The position numbers and the translations under genes are program-made. From contig JBIOIY010000003.1 of the NCBI GenBank assembly GCA_044450345.1, forward strand, positions 122,646-186,645: a stretch of DNA of 64,000 nt. Reading direction: 5' to 3'. Under the pieces are notes generated by a model. That model saw nothing but the letters and a program-made list of their open reading frames with translations. It searched no databases and was not told where the DNA came from. The DNA is from Thermodesulfovibrionales bacterium (GTDB lineage: Bacteria > Nitrospirota > Thermodesulfovibrionia > Thermodesulfovibrionales > UBA6898). Of this stretch, positions 26,511-37,973 are shown one piece after another (positions within the stretch are counted from its first letter, which is position 1; each line of letters opens with the position of its first letter).

Positions 26511-27452
26511 ATGGCAAGAACGGCGAGGAAGAATCCGGTGGACATGTCCTTTTCCGTTATCACCGGTATCGCTTCTTTTTCAGTTGTCATTTTTATTATC
26601 GGAATTCTTTATGTGCTTATATCGGAGTCTTCCCTCGCAATAGGGAAATTCGGGGTCATTAAGTTTCTTACTTCGACAGACTGGGACCCGGTGAAAGAGT
26701 CTTTCGGAGCTCTGACGAATATTTACGGGACTGCTGTAACGACGATCCTATCCCTTATTATCGCGATCCCCGTTGCCATAGGAATTGCGATATTCGTCAC
26801 CGAAATATCCCCGAATTTTCTGAAGGGACCAATCGGGATAGCGATAGAGCTCCTGGCGGCAATACCGAGCATTATTTACGGCATGTGGGGACTTTTCACC
26901 CTTTCGCCGATAATGAGCAATCACATAGAGCCTTTCCTCAAGAAGATCTTCGGGTCCATCCCCCTTGTGGGGATACTTTTCCAGGGTACGCCGATGGGGA
27001 TCGATATCCTCACGGCGAGTATTATTTTGAGTATCATGATCATCCCTTTTACCGCAAGCATATCGCGGGATTCATTCAATCTCACGCCGGCGGTGGTGAA
27101 GGAGTCGGCATATGCGATCGGCGCCACAAAGTGGGAGGTGGTAAAGAATGTCATTCTGCCGTATTCAAAGCTCGGCGTTTTCGGAGGGGTGGTTCTTTCT
27201 CTCGGGCGGGCGCTCGGAGAAACAATGGCAGTCGCCTTTGTGCTCGGCAATAACCACAGGATCACGACATCCCTTTTTGATGCCGCCGCGACCATTACGG
27301 TAACACTTGCAAATGAGTTTACCGAGGCGGACAAGGACGTTTACCTTTCCTCGCTGTTTTATCTGGCATTAGTACTCTTCGTGATGAGCTTTATTACCCT
27401 GGCCATCGCAAAATATTTTCTCCTTAAGGCAGAAAGGAAATATTCGAGATGA
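26511..27452 (+). CDS. pstC: Phosphate ABC permease
   Basis: ELLAAIPSIIYG and LGRALGETMAV. Confidence 0.95.
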   Translation: MARTARKNPVDMSFSVITGIASFSVVIFIIGILYVLISESSLAIGKFGVIKFLTSTDWDPVKESFGALTNIYGTAVTTILSLIIAIPVAIGIAIFVTEISPNFLKGPIGIAIELLAAIPSIIYGMWGLFTLSPIMSNHIEPFLKKIFGSIPLVGILFQGTPMGIDILTASIILSIMIIPFTASISRDSFNLTPAVVKESAYAIGATKWEVVKNVILPYSKLGVFGGVVLSLGRALGETMAVAFVLGNNHRITTSLFDAAATITVTLANEFTEADKDVYLSSLFYLALVLFVMSFITLAIAKYFLLKAERKYSR

Positions 27453-28288
27453 CTAGGGAACAAAAAAGAAAAGTGGAAGGGACTATCGCACTATTCCTGA
27501 GCACCATGGCCGCCTTTTTCGGCCTGTTCTGGCTTGTCTTTATACTGGGAGATGTACTTGTCCATGGAATAAAGGCTTTGAATCCAGGCCTTTTCATGAA
27601 TGACCCTGTGCCGCCGGGCGTTGAGGGAGGGGGGCTGAGAAACGCTTTTGTGGGGCAGCTTATGATAACCATACTTGCAACATTTATCGGGGTTCCAATC
27701 GGCGTGCTCGGGGGGACGTTTCTTGCCGAGTATGCACGGGGCAGAAAGATCGCAAGAATGATCAGTATACTCGCCGACATCATGGTGAGCGTTCCCTCTA
27801 TCGTTATAGGTACATTCATCTACGCGATTCTTGTGAAACCTGTGGGACACTTCAATGGATGGGCAGGCGCAGTTGCACTGGCGATCATCATGGTTCCTGT
27901 AGTGCTCAGGACGACCGAGGACATGCTTTCCCTCGTGCCGTGGACTTTGAGAGAAGCCGCTTTTGCCCTGGGTGCGCCCTATTACAAAGTGATCACCCAG
28001 GTGGTTTACCGGGGGGCGGCAACAGGGATTCTTACCGGTATCCTCCTCTCGATCGCAAGGGTGGCAGGAGAGACTGCGCCTCTTCTGTTCACTTCATTCA
28101 ATAACTCTTTTTTCTCTCTAAACATGCAGCAGCCTATTGCTTCTCTTACTGTAACGATCTTTCAGTATGCCATGGGACCGTATGATAGCTGGCATACGCA
28201 GGCATGGGCCGCAGCATTCGTGATTACGATATTCATACTCATCCTGACAATCACGGGAAGACTGATCATCAAGTGGAGGTACAAATAG
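27449..28288 (+). CDS. pstA: Phosphate ABC permease
   Basis: [16 protein letters not shown] and [13 protein letters not shown]. Confidence 0.95.
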   Translation: MTREQKRKVEGTIALFLSTMAAFFGLFWLVFILGDVLVHGIKALNPGLFMNDPVPPGVEGGGLRNAFVGQLMITILATFIGVPIGVLGGTFLAEYARGRKIARMISILADIMVSVPSIVIGTFIYAILVKPVGHFNGWAGAVALAIIMVPVVLRTTEDMLSLVPWTLREAAFALGAPYYKVITQVVYRGAATGILTGILLSIARVAGETAPLLFTSFNNSFFSLNMQQPIASLTVTIFQYAMGPYDSWHTQAWAAAFVITIFILILTITGRLIIKWRYK

Positions 28289-29052
28289 TGTCCGAGACTG
28301 TTGAAATAGAAGTAAAAGACTTGAACTTCCATTACGCCGGGGATATTCACGCCCTTAAAGAAGTAAATCTGGCGGTCTATAAAAACGCGGTTACCGCGCT
28401 GATAGGTCCGTCCGGCTGCGGCAAGACTACCTTGCTCAGATGTTTCAACCGGATGCATGACCTCTATCCGAAGAACAGGTATGAGGGGGAGATACATTTT
28501 CAGGGGAGCAACATCCTATCGAAAGAGACCGATCTCATACACCTCAGGAGCCGCATAGGGATGGTCTTTCAGAAGCCGACCCCGTTTCCGATGAGTATCT
28601 TTGATAATATCGCGTACGGTCTTAAACTGAACGGGGTGGGCAGAAGATCGGATTTGGCGGAAAAGGTGGAGAAAGCCCTTGTGCATGCTGCCCTGTGGGA
28701 CGAGGTGAAAGACAAACTCGGCGCGAGCGCCTATGAACTGTCGGGGGGACAACAGCAGAGGCTCGTTATCGCGAGGGCACTTGCGGTGAACCCTGAAGTG
28801 CTGCTCTTTGATGAACCGACTTCCGCACTGGACCCTATTTCGACTGCAAAGATAGAGGAACTTGCTACGGCCTTGAAAAAGGAGATTACTATAGTTATAG
28901 TTACGCACAACATGCAGCAGGCTGCGAGGATATCAGACTGGACCGGCTTCTTAATGCTGGGGGAATTGATCGAGTTCGGCAGGACCGATAAGATTTTTAC
29001 CGCACCATCTGAAAAACTCACAGAAGACTATGTAACGGGGAGGTTCGGTTGA
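28288..29052 (+). CDS. pstB: Phosphate ABC ATPase
   Basis: [27 protein letters not shown] and [12 protein letters not shown] start inferred. Confidence 0.95.
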   Translation: MSETVEIEVKDLNFHYAGDIHALKEVNLAVYKNAVTALIGPSGCGKTTLLRCFNRMHDLYPKNRYEGEIHFQGSNILSKETDLIHLRSRIGMVFQKPTPFPMSIFDNIAYGLKLNGVGRRSDLAEKVEKALVHAALWDEVKDKLGASAYELSGGQQQRLVIARALAVNPEVLLFDEPTSALDPISTAKIEELATALKKEITIVIVTHNMQQAARISDWTGFLMLGELIEFGRTDKIFTAPSEKLTEDYVTGRFG

Positions 29053-29720
29053 TGACTGTTTTTGATGAGGAATTACAGCACCTGAAAGAGAAGCTGCTCA
29101 AGATGGGGTCCCTTGTCGAGGACGCTATCAAGAATTCGGTCCTGTCCCTCGTGGAGAGGGACAACGACCTTGCGCGGAGGGTCATCGATAATGACCGCCT
29201 CGTAAACACCCTAGACGTCGAGATCGACGAGGAATCGATCCGGCTCATTGCACTGAGACAGCCGATGGCAGGCGATCTCAGGTTTATCACAACAGCCATG
29301 AAGATTACCACCGATCTCGAGAGGATGGGAGACCTCGGGGTAAATATAGCGGAAAGGGCACTCGAACTCAACCAGGAGCCTATATTGAAGCCCTATATCG
29401 ACATCCCTAAAATGAGGGAGATTGCCCAGGGGATGACAAGGGACGCACTCGACGCCTTCGTGAGAAAAGACAAGAAGCTCGCTATGGATGTGATCATGCG
29501 GGATGATGAGGTCGACGATCTCAAACACGCAGTCTTACAGGAGCTGGCCTTTTTTATGGTCCAGGACCCTACTACGGTAACCCGGGCGATGAAGATAAGC
29601 TTTGTTGCTCAATATCTTGAAAGGATCGCGGACCATGCTACCAACGTCGCAGAGATGGTCATATATCTGATTGAAGGGAAAATAATCAGGCATATGACGT
29701 TGCCCCCAGAAAATATGTAG
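29052..29720 (+). CDS. phoU: Phosphate signalling regulator
   Basis: QP.A.DLR, DLERMGD and LERIADHATN. Confidence 0.95.
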   Translation: MTVFDEELQHLKEKLLKMGSLVEDAIKNSVLSLVERDNDLARRVIDNDRLVNTLDVEIDEESIRLIALRQPMAGDLRFITTAMKITTDLERMGDLGVNIAERALELNQEPILKPYIDIPKMREIAQGMTRDALDAFVRKDKKLAMDVIMRDDEVDDLKHAVLQELAFFMVQDPTTVTRAMKISFVAQYLERIADHATNVAEMVIYLIEGKIIRHMTLPPENM

Positions 29721-29878
29721 CGAGCTTCCGCTGTCCCGAGGCGTTTGCCTGGAAAGTGCCGCTCGCCGGCTGTCCGTATTCCCCTGACCCTGTCCATATT
29801 TACCGATTTTGGGATATAATACATTCTTTCCGGGGCTTTATATAAAGCCATATAAAGACACGGGCTTAGCAGAAAGAG

Positions 29879-31081
29879 GTGCTTGAAATTAAAAAATTGC
29901 GCGGCAGAAAAGGCTATTTCGGAGAGTACGGCGGACGTTTTGCGCCCGAGACCCTCATCCCGGCGCTCGAGGAACTCGAGACGGCCTATAATGACTTGAA
30001 AAAGGACAGGGAGTTTCAGCGGGAGCTTGCCTATCTCATGAAGAATTATGTAGGAAGACCGACGCCGCTCTATTTTGCGAAGAGGCTGACAGAGTCCCTC
30101 GGAGGGGCAAAGGTCTATCTCAAGCGCGAAGACCTTGCGCATACCGGGGCCCATAAGATCAATAACGCCCTCGGTCAGGCCCTCCTGGCTAAGAAGATGG
30201 GTAAAAAGAGGCTGATTGCCGAGACGGGCGCCGGCCAGCACGGCGTGGCGACCGCGACAGGGGCCGCCCTCTGCGGTCTTGAATGCGAGATTTATATGGG
30301 GTCTGACGATATCGCGAGGCAGTCCCTGAACGTCTTCAGGATGAAACTGCTCGGCGCTGAAGTGGCCGAGGTCTCGGTCGGGTCTCGGACGCTGAAGGAC
30401 GCGATCAATGAAGCGATGCGGGACTGGACAGCGAATGTCGCAACTACACATTATGTCCTGGGAACTGTGTTCGGCCCTCATCCCTTCCCGACGATCGTGA
30501 GGGACCTGCAGTCTGTAATCGGGAAAGAGGCAAAAAAACAGATCCTCGATGAAGAGGGAAGGCTGCCGGATTATCTGATAGCCTGCATCGGCGGAGGGAG
30601 CAATGCGATGGGGCTGTTCCATCAGTTCATTAAAGATAAAGACGTGAATATGATCGGAGTGGAGGCCGGGGGGAGGGGAATAGTCCCCGGTGAGCATGCA
30701 GCGCGGTTCGCGGGGGGATCGGTCGGCATACTCCAGGGGACCAAGAGTTTTCTTCTCCAGGACGATGACGGCAACATCCTCGGCACCCATTCTGTTTCGG
30801 CAGGTCTTGACTATGCGGCGGTAGGACCGGAACATTCTTTTCTCAGAGACTCAGGAAGGGTCGCTTATACCTATGCCACCGACGAAGAGGCGCTCAGCGC
30901 GTTTGAACGTCTCTCAAGGACAGAGGGCATCATTCCCGCCCTGGAGTCTTCCCATGCCCTTGCCGAAGCGGTCAAGCTGGCCCCCGGACTTTCCAAAGAC
31001 AAGGTGATCATCGTCAATCTCTCCGGCCGCGGCGACAAGGATGTGCAGCATGTCGCCCGGATAAAAGGGATAGAGCTGTGA
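29879..31081 (+). CDS. trpB: Tryptophan synthase beta chain
   Basis: [28 protein letters not shown] and SGRGDKD. Confidence 0.97.
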   Translation: MLEIKKLRGRKGYFGEYGGRFAPETLIPALEELETAYNDLKKDREFQRELAYLMKNYVGRPTPLYFAKRLTESLGGAKVYLKREDLAHTGAHKINNALGQALLAKKMGKKRLIAETGAGQHGVATATGAALCGLECEIYMGSDDIARQSLNVFRMKLLGAEVAEVSVGSRTLKDAINEAMRDWTANVATTHYVLGTVFGPHPFPTIVRDLQSVIGKEAKKQILDEEGRLPDYLIACIGGGSNAMGLFHQFIKDKDVNMIGVEAGGRGIVPGEHAARFAGGSVGILQGTKSFLLQDDDGNILGTHSVSAGLDYAAVGPEHSFLRDSGRVAYTYATDEEALSAFERLSRTEGIIPALESSHALAEAVKLAPGLSKDKVIIVNLSGRGDKDVQHVARIKGIEL

Positions 31082-31857
31082 TGTCCCGTATAGAGAAAAA
31101 ATTCAAGGAAGTCCTCCGACGCAAGGGAAAGGCATTTATCCCTTATATTATGGCCGGTGATCCCAATCTCGAACGGACGAGGGAACTGGTCGGGATACTC
31201 GAGGAATGCGGGGCCGACGTCATCGAACTCGGGGTGCCTTTTTCAGACCCCCTTGCAGACGGCCCTACGATACAGAAGGCGGCCCAGCGTGCGCTCAGTG
31301 AAGGGGTCACCCTGGGAAAGGCGATCGAGTTTGTCGGCTCTCTCAGAAGGACAACTCAGATCCCTATTGTGCTGATGACTTACTATAACCTGATATTTCG
31401 GTACGGGGAGGAGAGGTTTGTGCGGGAAGCGTATACCGCCGGCGTAGACGGGATAATAGTACCTGATCTGCCTCCGGACGAAGCCGGACCACTGCTGTCT
31501 TTTTCGAAGAATACAGGCTTCGACGTCATCTTCCTTGTTGCCCCCACGTCCACCGGCGAAAGGATAAAAAAAGTGGCGAGGGCGTCGCGGGGCTTTATCT
31601 ATTACGTCTCTATCACAGGGATAACCGGCTCGAAACTTTCAGTAGATGCATCCATCGGATCACACATCGAAAAGATAAGACAGATAAGCAGGAAACCTGT
31701 TGCGGTCGGGTTCGGCATTGCGACGCCCGAGGAGGCTTCAGAGATCGCCAAAATCGCTGATGGCGTGATAGTCGGAAGCGCGATCGTGAAACGGGTGGAG
31801 GATACAGATGAAAATCTGAAGCAGTATCTCATCTCATTGAGAAAGGCGATATCATGA
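31081..31857 (+). CDS. trpA: Tryptophan synthase alpha chain
   Basis: ELGVPFSDPLADGPTIQ, GITG, VGFGI and GVIVGSA. Confidence 0.97.
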   Translation: MSRIEKKFKEVLRRKGKAFIPYIMAGDPNLERTRELVGILEECGADVIELGVPFSDPLADGPTIQKAAQRALSEGVTLGKAIEFVGSLRRTTQIPIVLMTYYNLIFRYGEERFVREAYTAGVDGIIVPDLPPDEAGPLLSFSKNTGFDVIFLVAPTSTGERIKKVARASRGFIYYVSITGITGSKLSVDASIGSHIEKIRQISRKPVAVGFGIATPEEASEIAKIADGVIVGSAIVKRVEDTDENLKQYLISLRKAIS

Positions 31858-32615
31858 AGCTTAGGGTCCTGGGGAGCTCCGGCGCTGAATTCCCCGGATA
31901 CAATGCTCCCGCCTTTCTCATCGACAGCAGGCTCCTTCTTGACGGCGGCACGATAGGCTCCCGACTGAGCGAGTCTGAACAGTGGAAGATAAAAAATATC
32001 CTGATAACCCACTCCCATCTTGACCATATAAAGGGGATACCCTTTCTTGCCGACAACATCGTAATCAAGAACAGGAGGCACAGCATCACGCTCCTCGGCA
32101 TCGGCGAGACGCTCACGGCCCTGCGGGAGAATTTATTGAACGACAAACTCTGGCCTGATTTTACCAGGACATCGGCCGCGATCGATCCGGTGATAAGGCT
32201 GAAGAGCATTTCCGAGTGCAAGGCCTTTAAAATCGACGGCTATACGATCAAGGCATGCCGGGTGGACCATACCGTCCCTGCAGTGGGCTATATAATAAAA
32301 GATCTTAGCGGCAGGGTGCTGCTTTACACCGGTGATACGGGGCCGACAAATGACATCTGGCGTGCAGCTCCCAGGGTCGATGTAGTCATCGGCGAGGTCT
32401 CTTTCCCGAACAATCTGGAGGCGCTCGCGATAAAGACGGGGCACCTGACCGCAGGGCTCCTTGCCGGAGAACTTGAAAAGATGACAAATTTTCAGGGACG
32501 GATCTTTGTGACCCACCCCAAACCCCAGTACATCGATCGCATCAGAAAAGAGATACACAGGATCGGAAGACGGCGGATTGAGATGCTGAAAGACGGGAAG
32601 GTATATGAGATCTGA
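31854..32615 (+). CDS. MBL-fold hydrolase, class II cyclic-nucleotide phosphodiesterase-like
   Basis: THSHLDH, WPDF, HTVP, TGDTG and EVSFPN. Confidence 0.8.
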   Translation: MKLRVLGSSGAEFPGYNAPAFLIDSRLLLDGGTIGSRLSESEQWKIKNILITHSHLDHIKGIPFLADNIVIKNRRHSITLLGIGETLTALRENLLNDKLWPDFTRTSAAIDPVIRLKSISECKAFKIDGYTIKACRVDHTVPAVGYIIKDLSGRVLLYTGDTGPTNDIWRAAPRVDVVIGEVSFPNNLEALAIKTGHLTAGLLAGELEKMTNFQGRIFVTHPKPQYIDRIRKEIHRIGRRRIEMLKDGKVYEI

Positions 32616-32722
32616 AAATAAAGGCGGTGCTGCAGCCCGGGTCTCCCGGCCGCACATACATGAGGTAATTTTTTGCGGTATTACTGTGAATGAGAATTTG
32701 TGAGTGATAAGAAGGTAAATGA

Positions 32723-33556
32723 ATGGCCTGGTTTAAAAAGAGCAAAGAGATAAAGACCGATAAAAAAGTGAAGATCCCCGAGGGGCTCTGGGTAAAGTGC
32801 GAGAGCTGCCGCGAGATCGTCTATAAGAAGGAAATAGACAAGAACCTCAAGATATGCCCCAAGTGCAATTATCATTTCAGGATCAGCGCCAGAGAGCGTC
32901 TCAAGCTCCTTGTGGACGAAGGCAGCTTCGCCGAGATGGACGCAGGCCTGTTTTCCAATGACCCCCTGAAGTTCAGGGACAAGGTCTTATATAAGGAGAA
33001 GCTCGAAGAAAACAAGAGGAAGACCGGTCTTGAAGACGCCGCCATTTCAGGGGAGGCGATGGTCGAGGGACATCCGATTATCCTCGTAATTATGGATTTT
33101 GCCTTTATCGGAGGGAGCATGGGGTCCGTTGTCGGAGAGAAGATCGTAAGGGCCGCGGAGGCCGCCGTCGAGTCGGACAGGCCCCTTGTGACAGTTGCTT
33201 CCTCCGGCGGCGCGAGGATGCAGGAAGGTATCTTTTCCCTCATGCAGATGGCGCGGGTATCGGCGGCCGTGGGCAGATTAAGGGACAGCGGACAGCTTTA
33301 TATTTCTGTCCTGGCCGATCCGACGTTCGGAGGGGTGACCGCCAGTTTCGCGATGCTCGGGGACGTGATCCTCGCTGAGCCGAAGAGCCTCATAGGGTTT
33401 GCGGGAAGGGGCGTTATCGAGCAGACTATCAAGCAGCAACTCCCGGAAGACTTCCAGCGGGCCGAGTTTCTCCTCGAACATGGCTTTATAGACAAGATCG
33501 TCGATAGGAAAGATATCAAGAAGACCGTTGCAAAGATCATAGAATTGCTTGTATGA
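32723..33556 (+). CDS. accD: Acetyl-CoA carboxylase carboxyltransferase beta
   Basis: PEGLWVKC zinc ribbon, GGSMG and SGGARMQEG. Confidence 0.97.
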   Translation: MAWFKKSKEIKTDKKVKIPEGLWVKCESCREIVYKKEIDKNLKICPKCNYHFRISARERLKLLVDEGSFAEMDAGLFSNDPLKFRDKVLYKEKLEENKRKTGLEDAAISGEAMVEGHPIILVIMDFAFIGGSMGSVVGEKIVRAAEAAVESDRPLVTVASSGGARMQEGIFSLMQMARVSAAVGRLRDSGQLYISVLADPTFGGVTASFAMLGDVILAEPKSLIGFAGRGVIEQTIKQQLPEDFQRAEFLLEHGFIDKIVDRKDIKKTVAKIIELLV

Positions 33557-34860
33557 GCTACCCGACCACGATCGATTATCTTTACGGCCTTCAAAAGTTC
33601 GGGATGAAGTTCGGCCTGGATAATATCCGGAAACTCATGTCCGTCTTTCATAATCCCCAGGACTCTTTCCGGTCAGTCCACGTAGCCGGGACCAATGGAA
33701 AGGGTTCCACCTCGGCGATGATAGAATCCATCCTCCGGACCGCAGGCATAAGGACCGGCCTTTTTTCGTCTCCCCACCTCATCAGCTTTACGGAAAGGAT
33801 CAGGATAGACGGGGAGGAGATAACCGAAAAGGACGTAGTGGCGCTTGCCGGGGAGGTGAGGGCGGCTGCGGAAAAGATCGGGGATTTTTCTCCTACTTTT
33901 TTTGAGGTGGTCACCACCATGGCCTTTCTTCATTTCAGAAAGGCGGGGGTCGAGTGGGCGGTGATCGAAACGGGCTTGGGAGGAAGGCTAGACGCAACGA
34001 ACATCATCATGCCCGAGGCGGCCGTCATTACGAGGATCGGTCTTGATCACTGTGAATTTCTCGGCAAGACCCTGGGGGAGATCGCTTCGGAAAAGGCGGG
34101 CATCATAAAGGACGGCGTCCCTGTCGTGTCGGCCGCCCAGGAGGCCCCGGCGATGCAGGTCATCGAGAAGAAGGCAAAGGAGAAGGACTCGCCGCTCTTC
34201 ACGTATGGAGACTCATTCGCGTCGGAGCTGACGTCTGAAACATTCGAAGGGACATCGTTTCGTTATTCCGGAGAAAGGCATAACAGAGACTTTGCCTTGC
34301 CATTGGCCGGCAGACACCAGATGATCAACGCGTCGATGGCCGTAAAGACGGCTGAGATACTTATGGGGAAATATCCGGGGATGAAGTGCGATATAGGGAA
34401 GGGACTCTCCAATGTAAGGTGGCCGGGGAGGATGGAGATGGTGAATGACGCCCCCCCGGTCCTTATTGACGGCGCCCATAATCCCCAGGCAGCATTAGCC
34501 CTCTCGGGATACCTGAAAGAGGTTGCGCTTTCGAGATATAAGAGGATCGTCCTGGTAATCGGTGTGATGGGGGACAAGGATATCGAGGGTATACTGGGCC
34601 CCCTTCTGCCGGTTGCTTCAGAGATGATTTTTGCAGCGCCTGCGTACGGCAGGTCGGCCCGGCCTGAGAGGCTTGCAGCGCTTGCGGCCGCGAAGGGATA
34701 TTCGTCGCTGGTTGCGCCGAGCGTAGCGGATGCCGTGAAAAAGGCGGTGGAAATATGCCTTCCCGGAGACCTTGTCGTGGTTACCGGATCTTTCTACACA
34801 ATCGGCGAGGCCAAGGAGTCCTTCGGAAATAAAGGAGTGCTAACGAGGCTCAGGGAATAA
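33553..34860 (+). CDS. folC: Folylpolyglutamate/dihydrofolate synthase
   Basis: HVAGTNGKGST, ETGLGGRLDATN and DGAHN. Confidence 0.95.
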   Translation: MSYPTTIDYLYGLQKFGMKFGLDNIRKLMSVFHNPQDSFRSVHVAGTNGKGSTSAMIESILRTAGIRTGLFSSPHLISFTERIRIDGEEITEKDVVALAGEVRAAAEKIGDFSPTFFEVVTTMAFLHFRKAGVEWAVIETGLGGRLDATNIIMPEAAVITRIGLDHCEFLGKTLGEIASEKAGIIKDGVPVVSAAQEAPAMQVIEKKAKEKDSPLFTYGDSFASELTSETFEGTSFRYSGERHNRDFALPLAGRHQMINASMAVKTAEILMGKYPGMKCDIGKGLSNVRWPGRMEMVNDAPPVLIDGAHNPQAALALSGYLKEVALSRYKRIVLVIGVMGDKDIEGILGPLLPVASEMIFAAPAYGRSARPERLAALAAAKGYSSLVAPSVADAVKKAVEICLPGDLVVVTGSFYTIGEAKESFGNKGVLTRLRE

Positions 34861-34885
34861 AGACAATAAACCTTATTGTTGCATT

Positions 34886-35054
34886 GCAGCAGACAAAAAC
34901 ACCTCAGAAGCTCTGCAATGACAACATGATTTAATTAAACATCACGTAAACGCAGACATAACTATGGGTTGTAATTCAGAAAGACGATTGGCAGCCCCGC
35001 TTAAGGGCTGTAAAGTGTTGCAGGCAGCGCTTTTTCGGCGTTCCTGTCTGCTGC
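34886..35054. repeat. About 170-bp intergenic element with inverted ends
   Basis: GCAGCAGACA (34886) pairs with TGTCTGCTGC (35045); further imperfect inner pairing. Confidence 0.45.
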
Positions 35055-35134
35055 GAATTGATTATTCTATGCAACTGTAAGGTAAGCAGTAAGTAGTGAG
35101 AAGTTAATCTATATGTGAAAGGTGAAAGTCAGAG

Positions 35135-37120
35135 GTGAAAGGCAAAATAACACGCAATCGTCTGTTGTTTTTTGTTTCACTATTCGCTGTTCACTATTTA
35201 CTATCTGCTGCTGTCTGTTTTGCCGGGGATGCCAACAATACCGTCATCACTTCGGATAAGCTCGAATATTTCGGCGAGACAAAGAAATATGTCGCCACAG
35301 GGTCGGCAACGGTTGAAAAAGGCGGCGCTGTACTGAAATCCGACGAAATAACGTTCCACGAGGACACTTCCGATGCGTTCGCCGTCGGCGGGATGAGGTA
35401 CGAGGACCCCGACTCCTCTATAAAAGCGGCCAGGGCCGAGATGAATCTCGATGCCAAGACCGGGACGCTCTTCGATGCCGAGGTGTTATATAAGAAATAC
35501 AATTATCACATCCGGGGAAAGGAGATAGAGAAGAGGGCAGAAGATTACTATTACAGTCCCGATGCCACGTTTACCACCTGCGACGCGCCTGTACCTGACT
35601 GGTGCTTCAAAGGAAAGGACGTCAATGCCGTGGTCGAAAAAAAGGTGATCGCAAGAAGCGCGACCTTCCGGATCCTGGACCTTCCTGTCTTCTATACGCC
35701 ATATCTGTATGCCCCCCTCATGAAAGAACGGCAGACCGGTCTTTTGATCCCCCTTGTTTCAAACAGCACGGCTCGCGGGGTGTCGCTGACCCTTCCGTTT
35801 TATTGGGCGATTGCGGAAAACAGAGACGCCACGGTCATCATCGACGCTTACAGCAAGCGCGGTTTGGGCACAGGGATCGAATACCGCTTCGCTGAACCGG
35901 GCGGGGCGACCGGCAACTGGTGGGCCTATAACATAAAAGATACCTTACTTGAGAAGGATTTCTTTGAGGTCAGAGGCCTTTACGAAAACCGTCATGCCGA
36001 CGGGCTAGGCGGTTATCTCAACATCAATTACGTCAACGATAAGACGTTTTATCAGCAATTCAGCACACGCCGGGACATTCGTAATCTCCGTTATCTCGAA
36101 TCCACCGGCGAGTTGAACCTGCCCCTGAATGATTCGAGGCTTTATCTTCTTTCTCAATACTGGCAGGACATGCTGAACGATACCTCTTCCGTCCCCCAGA
36201 AACTCCCGGAGGCCGGATACGTCCTGAATTACACTCCCTTAGGCGACTTCATGATCTCTGCGGCCGTTAACGCAGCCAACCTTTGGAGGGAGAGCGGGAC
36301 ATCGGCAGAGAGGATCGATGTGTATCCGCGAATACTGCATTCCGTGGGGAAGGATGTGGTCCTGACCCAGGCGGTTGCGCTGAGGGAGACCGCATATTCC
36401 TTTTACAAAGACCAGGATGCGGACAACTTCAGACAGAGAGAGGCGTTCGAATACGATGCGATTTTGCATACAAGGCTTTATAAGACATATTCTGCATTCA
36501 CCCATATTATCGAGCCTTCGGTGCGGTATCACTTTATCTACAGTTCAAGCGATGATCTTCCTCTTTTCGATTCCACCGAACTCTTCGGGAAGACCTCGAA
36601 CATAGAACTGGCCGTTTTAAACAGGGTCGTGGCGAAAGGCACGGAACTGTTTGCGGTGCGGCTTACCGAGCCGGTCGACACTTATAGTGGAAAACCCTTC
36701 CAGCCCCTGAGTCTCGAAGTCTCTGTCAAATCCCCTGTCCCTCTGACGATGGAGGCAACCTATGACATGTACTCAGGCAGTCTCGATACCGTTACCTCTC
36801 TCATCACTTTCCAGGCATTTAAGGCGAACTTTACCCTCGGTGAAAGGTATAACAGGAAGGACGATATTCTGATGTTTACCGCCTATGCCGGCTTCAGCCC
36901 GCTTAAGTCCCTGCAGATATCCGGACAGATGTGGTACGACGCAAAGGGGCCGGGACTCAGGGACCTCGTCATGGATGTAAAATACCAAAGACAGTGCTGG
37001 GGAGTGCGGTTTGAAGCGGTGAAAAGCCCGGGTGATTTCACGATGAAGGTCCTCTTCGACATTACGGGAATAACATCGAGGTCTCAGATGAAGATCAGGG
37101 AGTATTCTCCCACGCTCTGA
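35135..37120 (+). CDS. lptD: LPS-assembly outer-membrane protein
   Basis: Signal peptide, FTTC...P.W, RQTGLL.P, PFYWAI and H.IEP; position after folC. Confidence 0.85.
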   Translation: MKGKITRNRLLFFVSLFAVHYLLSAAVCFAGDANNTVITSDKLEYFGETKKYVATGSATVEKGGAVLKSDEITFHEDTSDAFAVGGMRYEDPDSSIKAARAEMNLDAKTGTLFDAEVLYKKYNYHIRGKEIEKRAEDYYYSPDATFTTCDAPVPDWCFKGKDVNAVVEKKVIARSATFRILDLPVFYTPYLYAPLMKERQTGLLIPLVSNSTARGVSLTLPFYWAIAENRDATVIIDAYSKRGLGTGIEYRFAEPGGATGNWWAYNIKDTLLEKDFFEVRGLYENRHADGLGGYLNINYVNDKTFYQQFSTRRDIRNLRYLESTGELNLPLNDSRLYLLSQYWQDMLNDTSSVPQKLPEAGYVLNYTPLGDFMISAAVNAANLWRESGTSAERIDVYPRILHSVGKDVVLTQAVALRETAYSFYKDQDADNFRQREAFEYDAILHTRLYKTYSAFTHIIEPSVRYHFIYSSSDDLPLFDSTELFGKTSNIELAVLNRVVAKGTELFAVRLTEPVDTYSGKPFQPLSLEVSVKSPVPLTMEATYDMYSGSLDTVTSLITFQAFKANFTLGERYNRKDDILMFTAYAGFSPLKSLQISGQMWYDAKGPGLRDLVMDVKYQRQCWGVRFEAVKSPGDFTMKVLFDITGITSRSQMKIREYSPTL

Positions 37121-37178
37121 CCCGGAAGAATCTTGCTTCCCCTCTTATCTCGGCATGCCGAAAATTGTATAATAGTAT

Positions 37179-37385
37179 ATGAAGTGTAAATATCTGGAGA
37201 AACATTTTTCCGAAACTACCGGCAAACTTCATATCCCCTGCCCTTACAGGCAAAGTACGTGTGTCGATGTGCATGTGGTGATAAAAGACGGCTACTGCTA
37301 CCGTTCGGAGGATTGCATGGTCATCAAGTGCAAATTCAACCGCATGCAGTCAGATATAGGCTGTCTTCTTTCACTGACCTGGTAA
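37179..37385 (+). CDS. Small Cys-rich hypothetical protein
   Basis: TATAAT 5 nt before ATG; several Cys. Confidence 0.55.
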   Translation: MKCKYLEKHFSETTGKLHIPCPYRQSTCVDVHVVIKDGYCYRSEDCMVIKCKFNRMQSDIGCLLSLTW

Positions 37386-37398
37386 AATTCTCTTTCCC

Positions 37399-37484
37399 TC
37401 GGGGCGTCGCCCCGCACCCCAGTTACCTTTCTTGCTTGCTCCAAGCAAGGTAACCGAAAGAAGGGCACTCCAACGAAAATTTTC
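37399..37484. repeat. Palindromic (MITE/REP-like) repeat, copy A
   Basis: CGGGGCGTCGCCCCG hairpin; closely matches the reverse complement of 38170-38251. Confidence 0.75.
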
Positions 37485-37570
37485 CGTATGTCGAGGATGG
37501 CGAAAGCATATTTCTTAAAACAATAATACCAAACAGCAAAGCGACAAAGAAATATTTGGGAGGCGGGTAA
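37484..37570 (+). pseudogene. C-terminal remnant of a BrnT/DUF4258-like toxin
   Basis: PYVEDGESIFLKTIIPNSKATKKYLGGG*; stop overlaps the antitoxin ATG; 5' part replaced by repeat A. Confidence 0.7.
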
Positions 37571-37860
37571 TGAAAAAAACGGCATATTTGGATAAAGAGG
37601 AAAGAGAACTGGCGGAATCGCTGGACAAAGGCGAATGGGTTTCTGACCTTGATAAGAAAGGGAAAAAGCAATATGAGGCATATGCCCGCTACAGCCTGAA
37701 CAAACAAAAGCGGATCAACATCCGGATGACTGAGAGGGACCTGAAGAAGATTCGGGCTAAGGCAATCGAAGAGGGAATACCATATCAATCTCTTATTTCT
37801 ATGCTTGTCCACAAGTTCAACGAGGGGAAAATTACCTTTAGCAAAAAGAGGCATGCCTGA
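37570..37860 (+). CDS. CopG/BrnA-like antitoxin
   Basis: KRINIRM...L..I..KA.EEGIPYQSLIS. Confidence 0.85.
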   Translation: MKKTAYLDKEERELAESLDKGEWVSDLDKKGKKQYEAYARYSLNKQKRINIRMTERDLKKIRAKAIEEGIPYQSLISMLVHKFNEGKITFSKKRHA

Positions 37861-37973
37861 TAAAAAAAGCGCCCGCCCGTGAATAATAACGGCTCGATTG
37901 CCCGCCATCTTTGTATAGGGTCCTGTCTACGACCCATAGAGAATCCGGTTTTGTCTTAAGTCTTACTCATTTT

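Noticed and set aside
35075..35145. Short degenerate 7-mer repeats (also 38300-38400)
   Set aside because: Low-complexity intergenic repeats with no evident function
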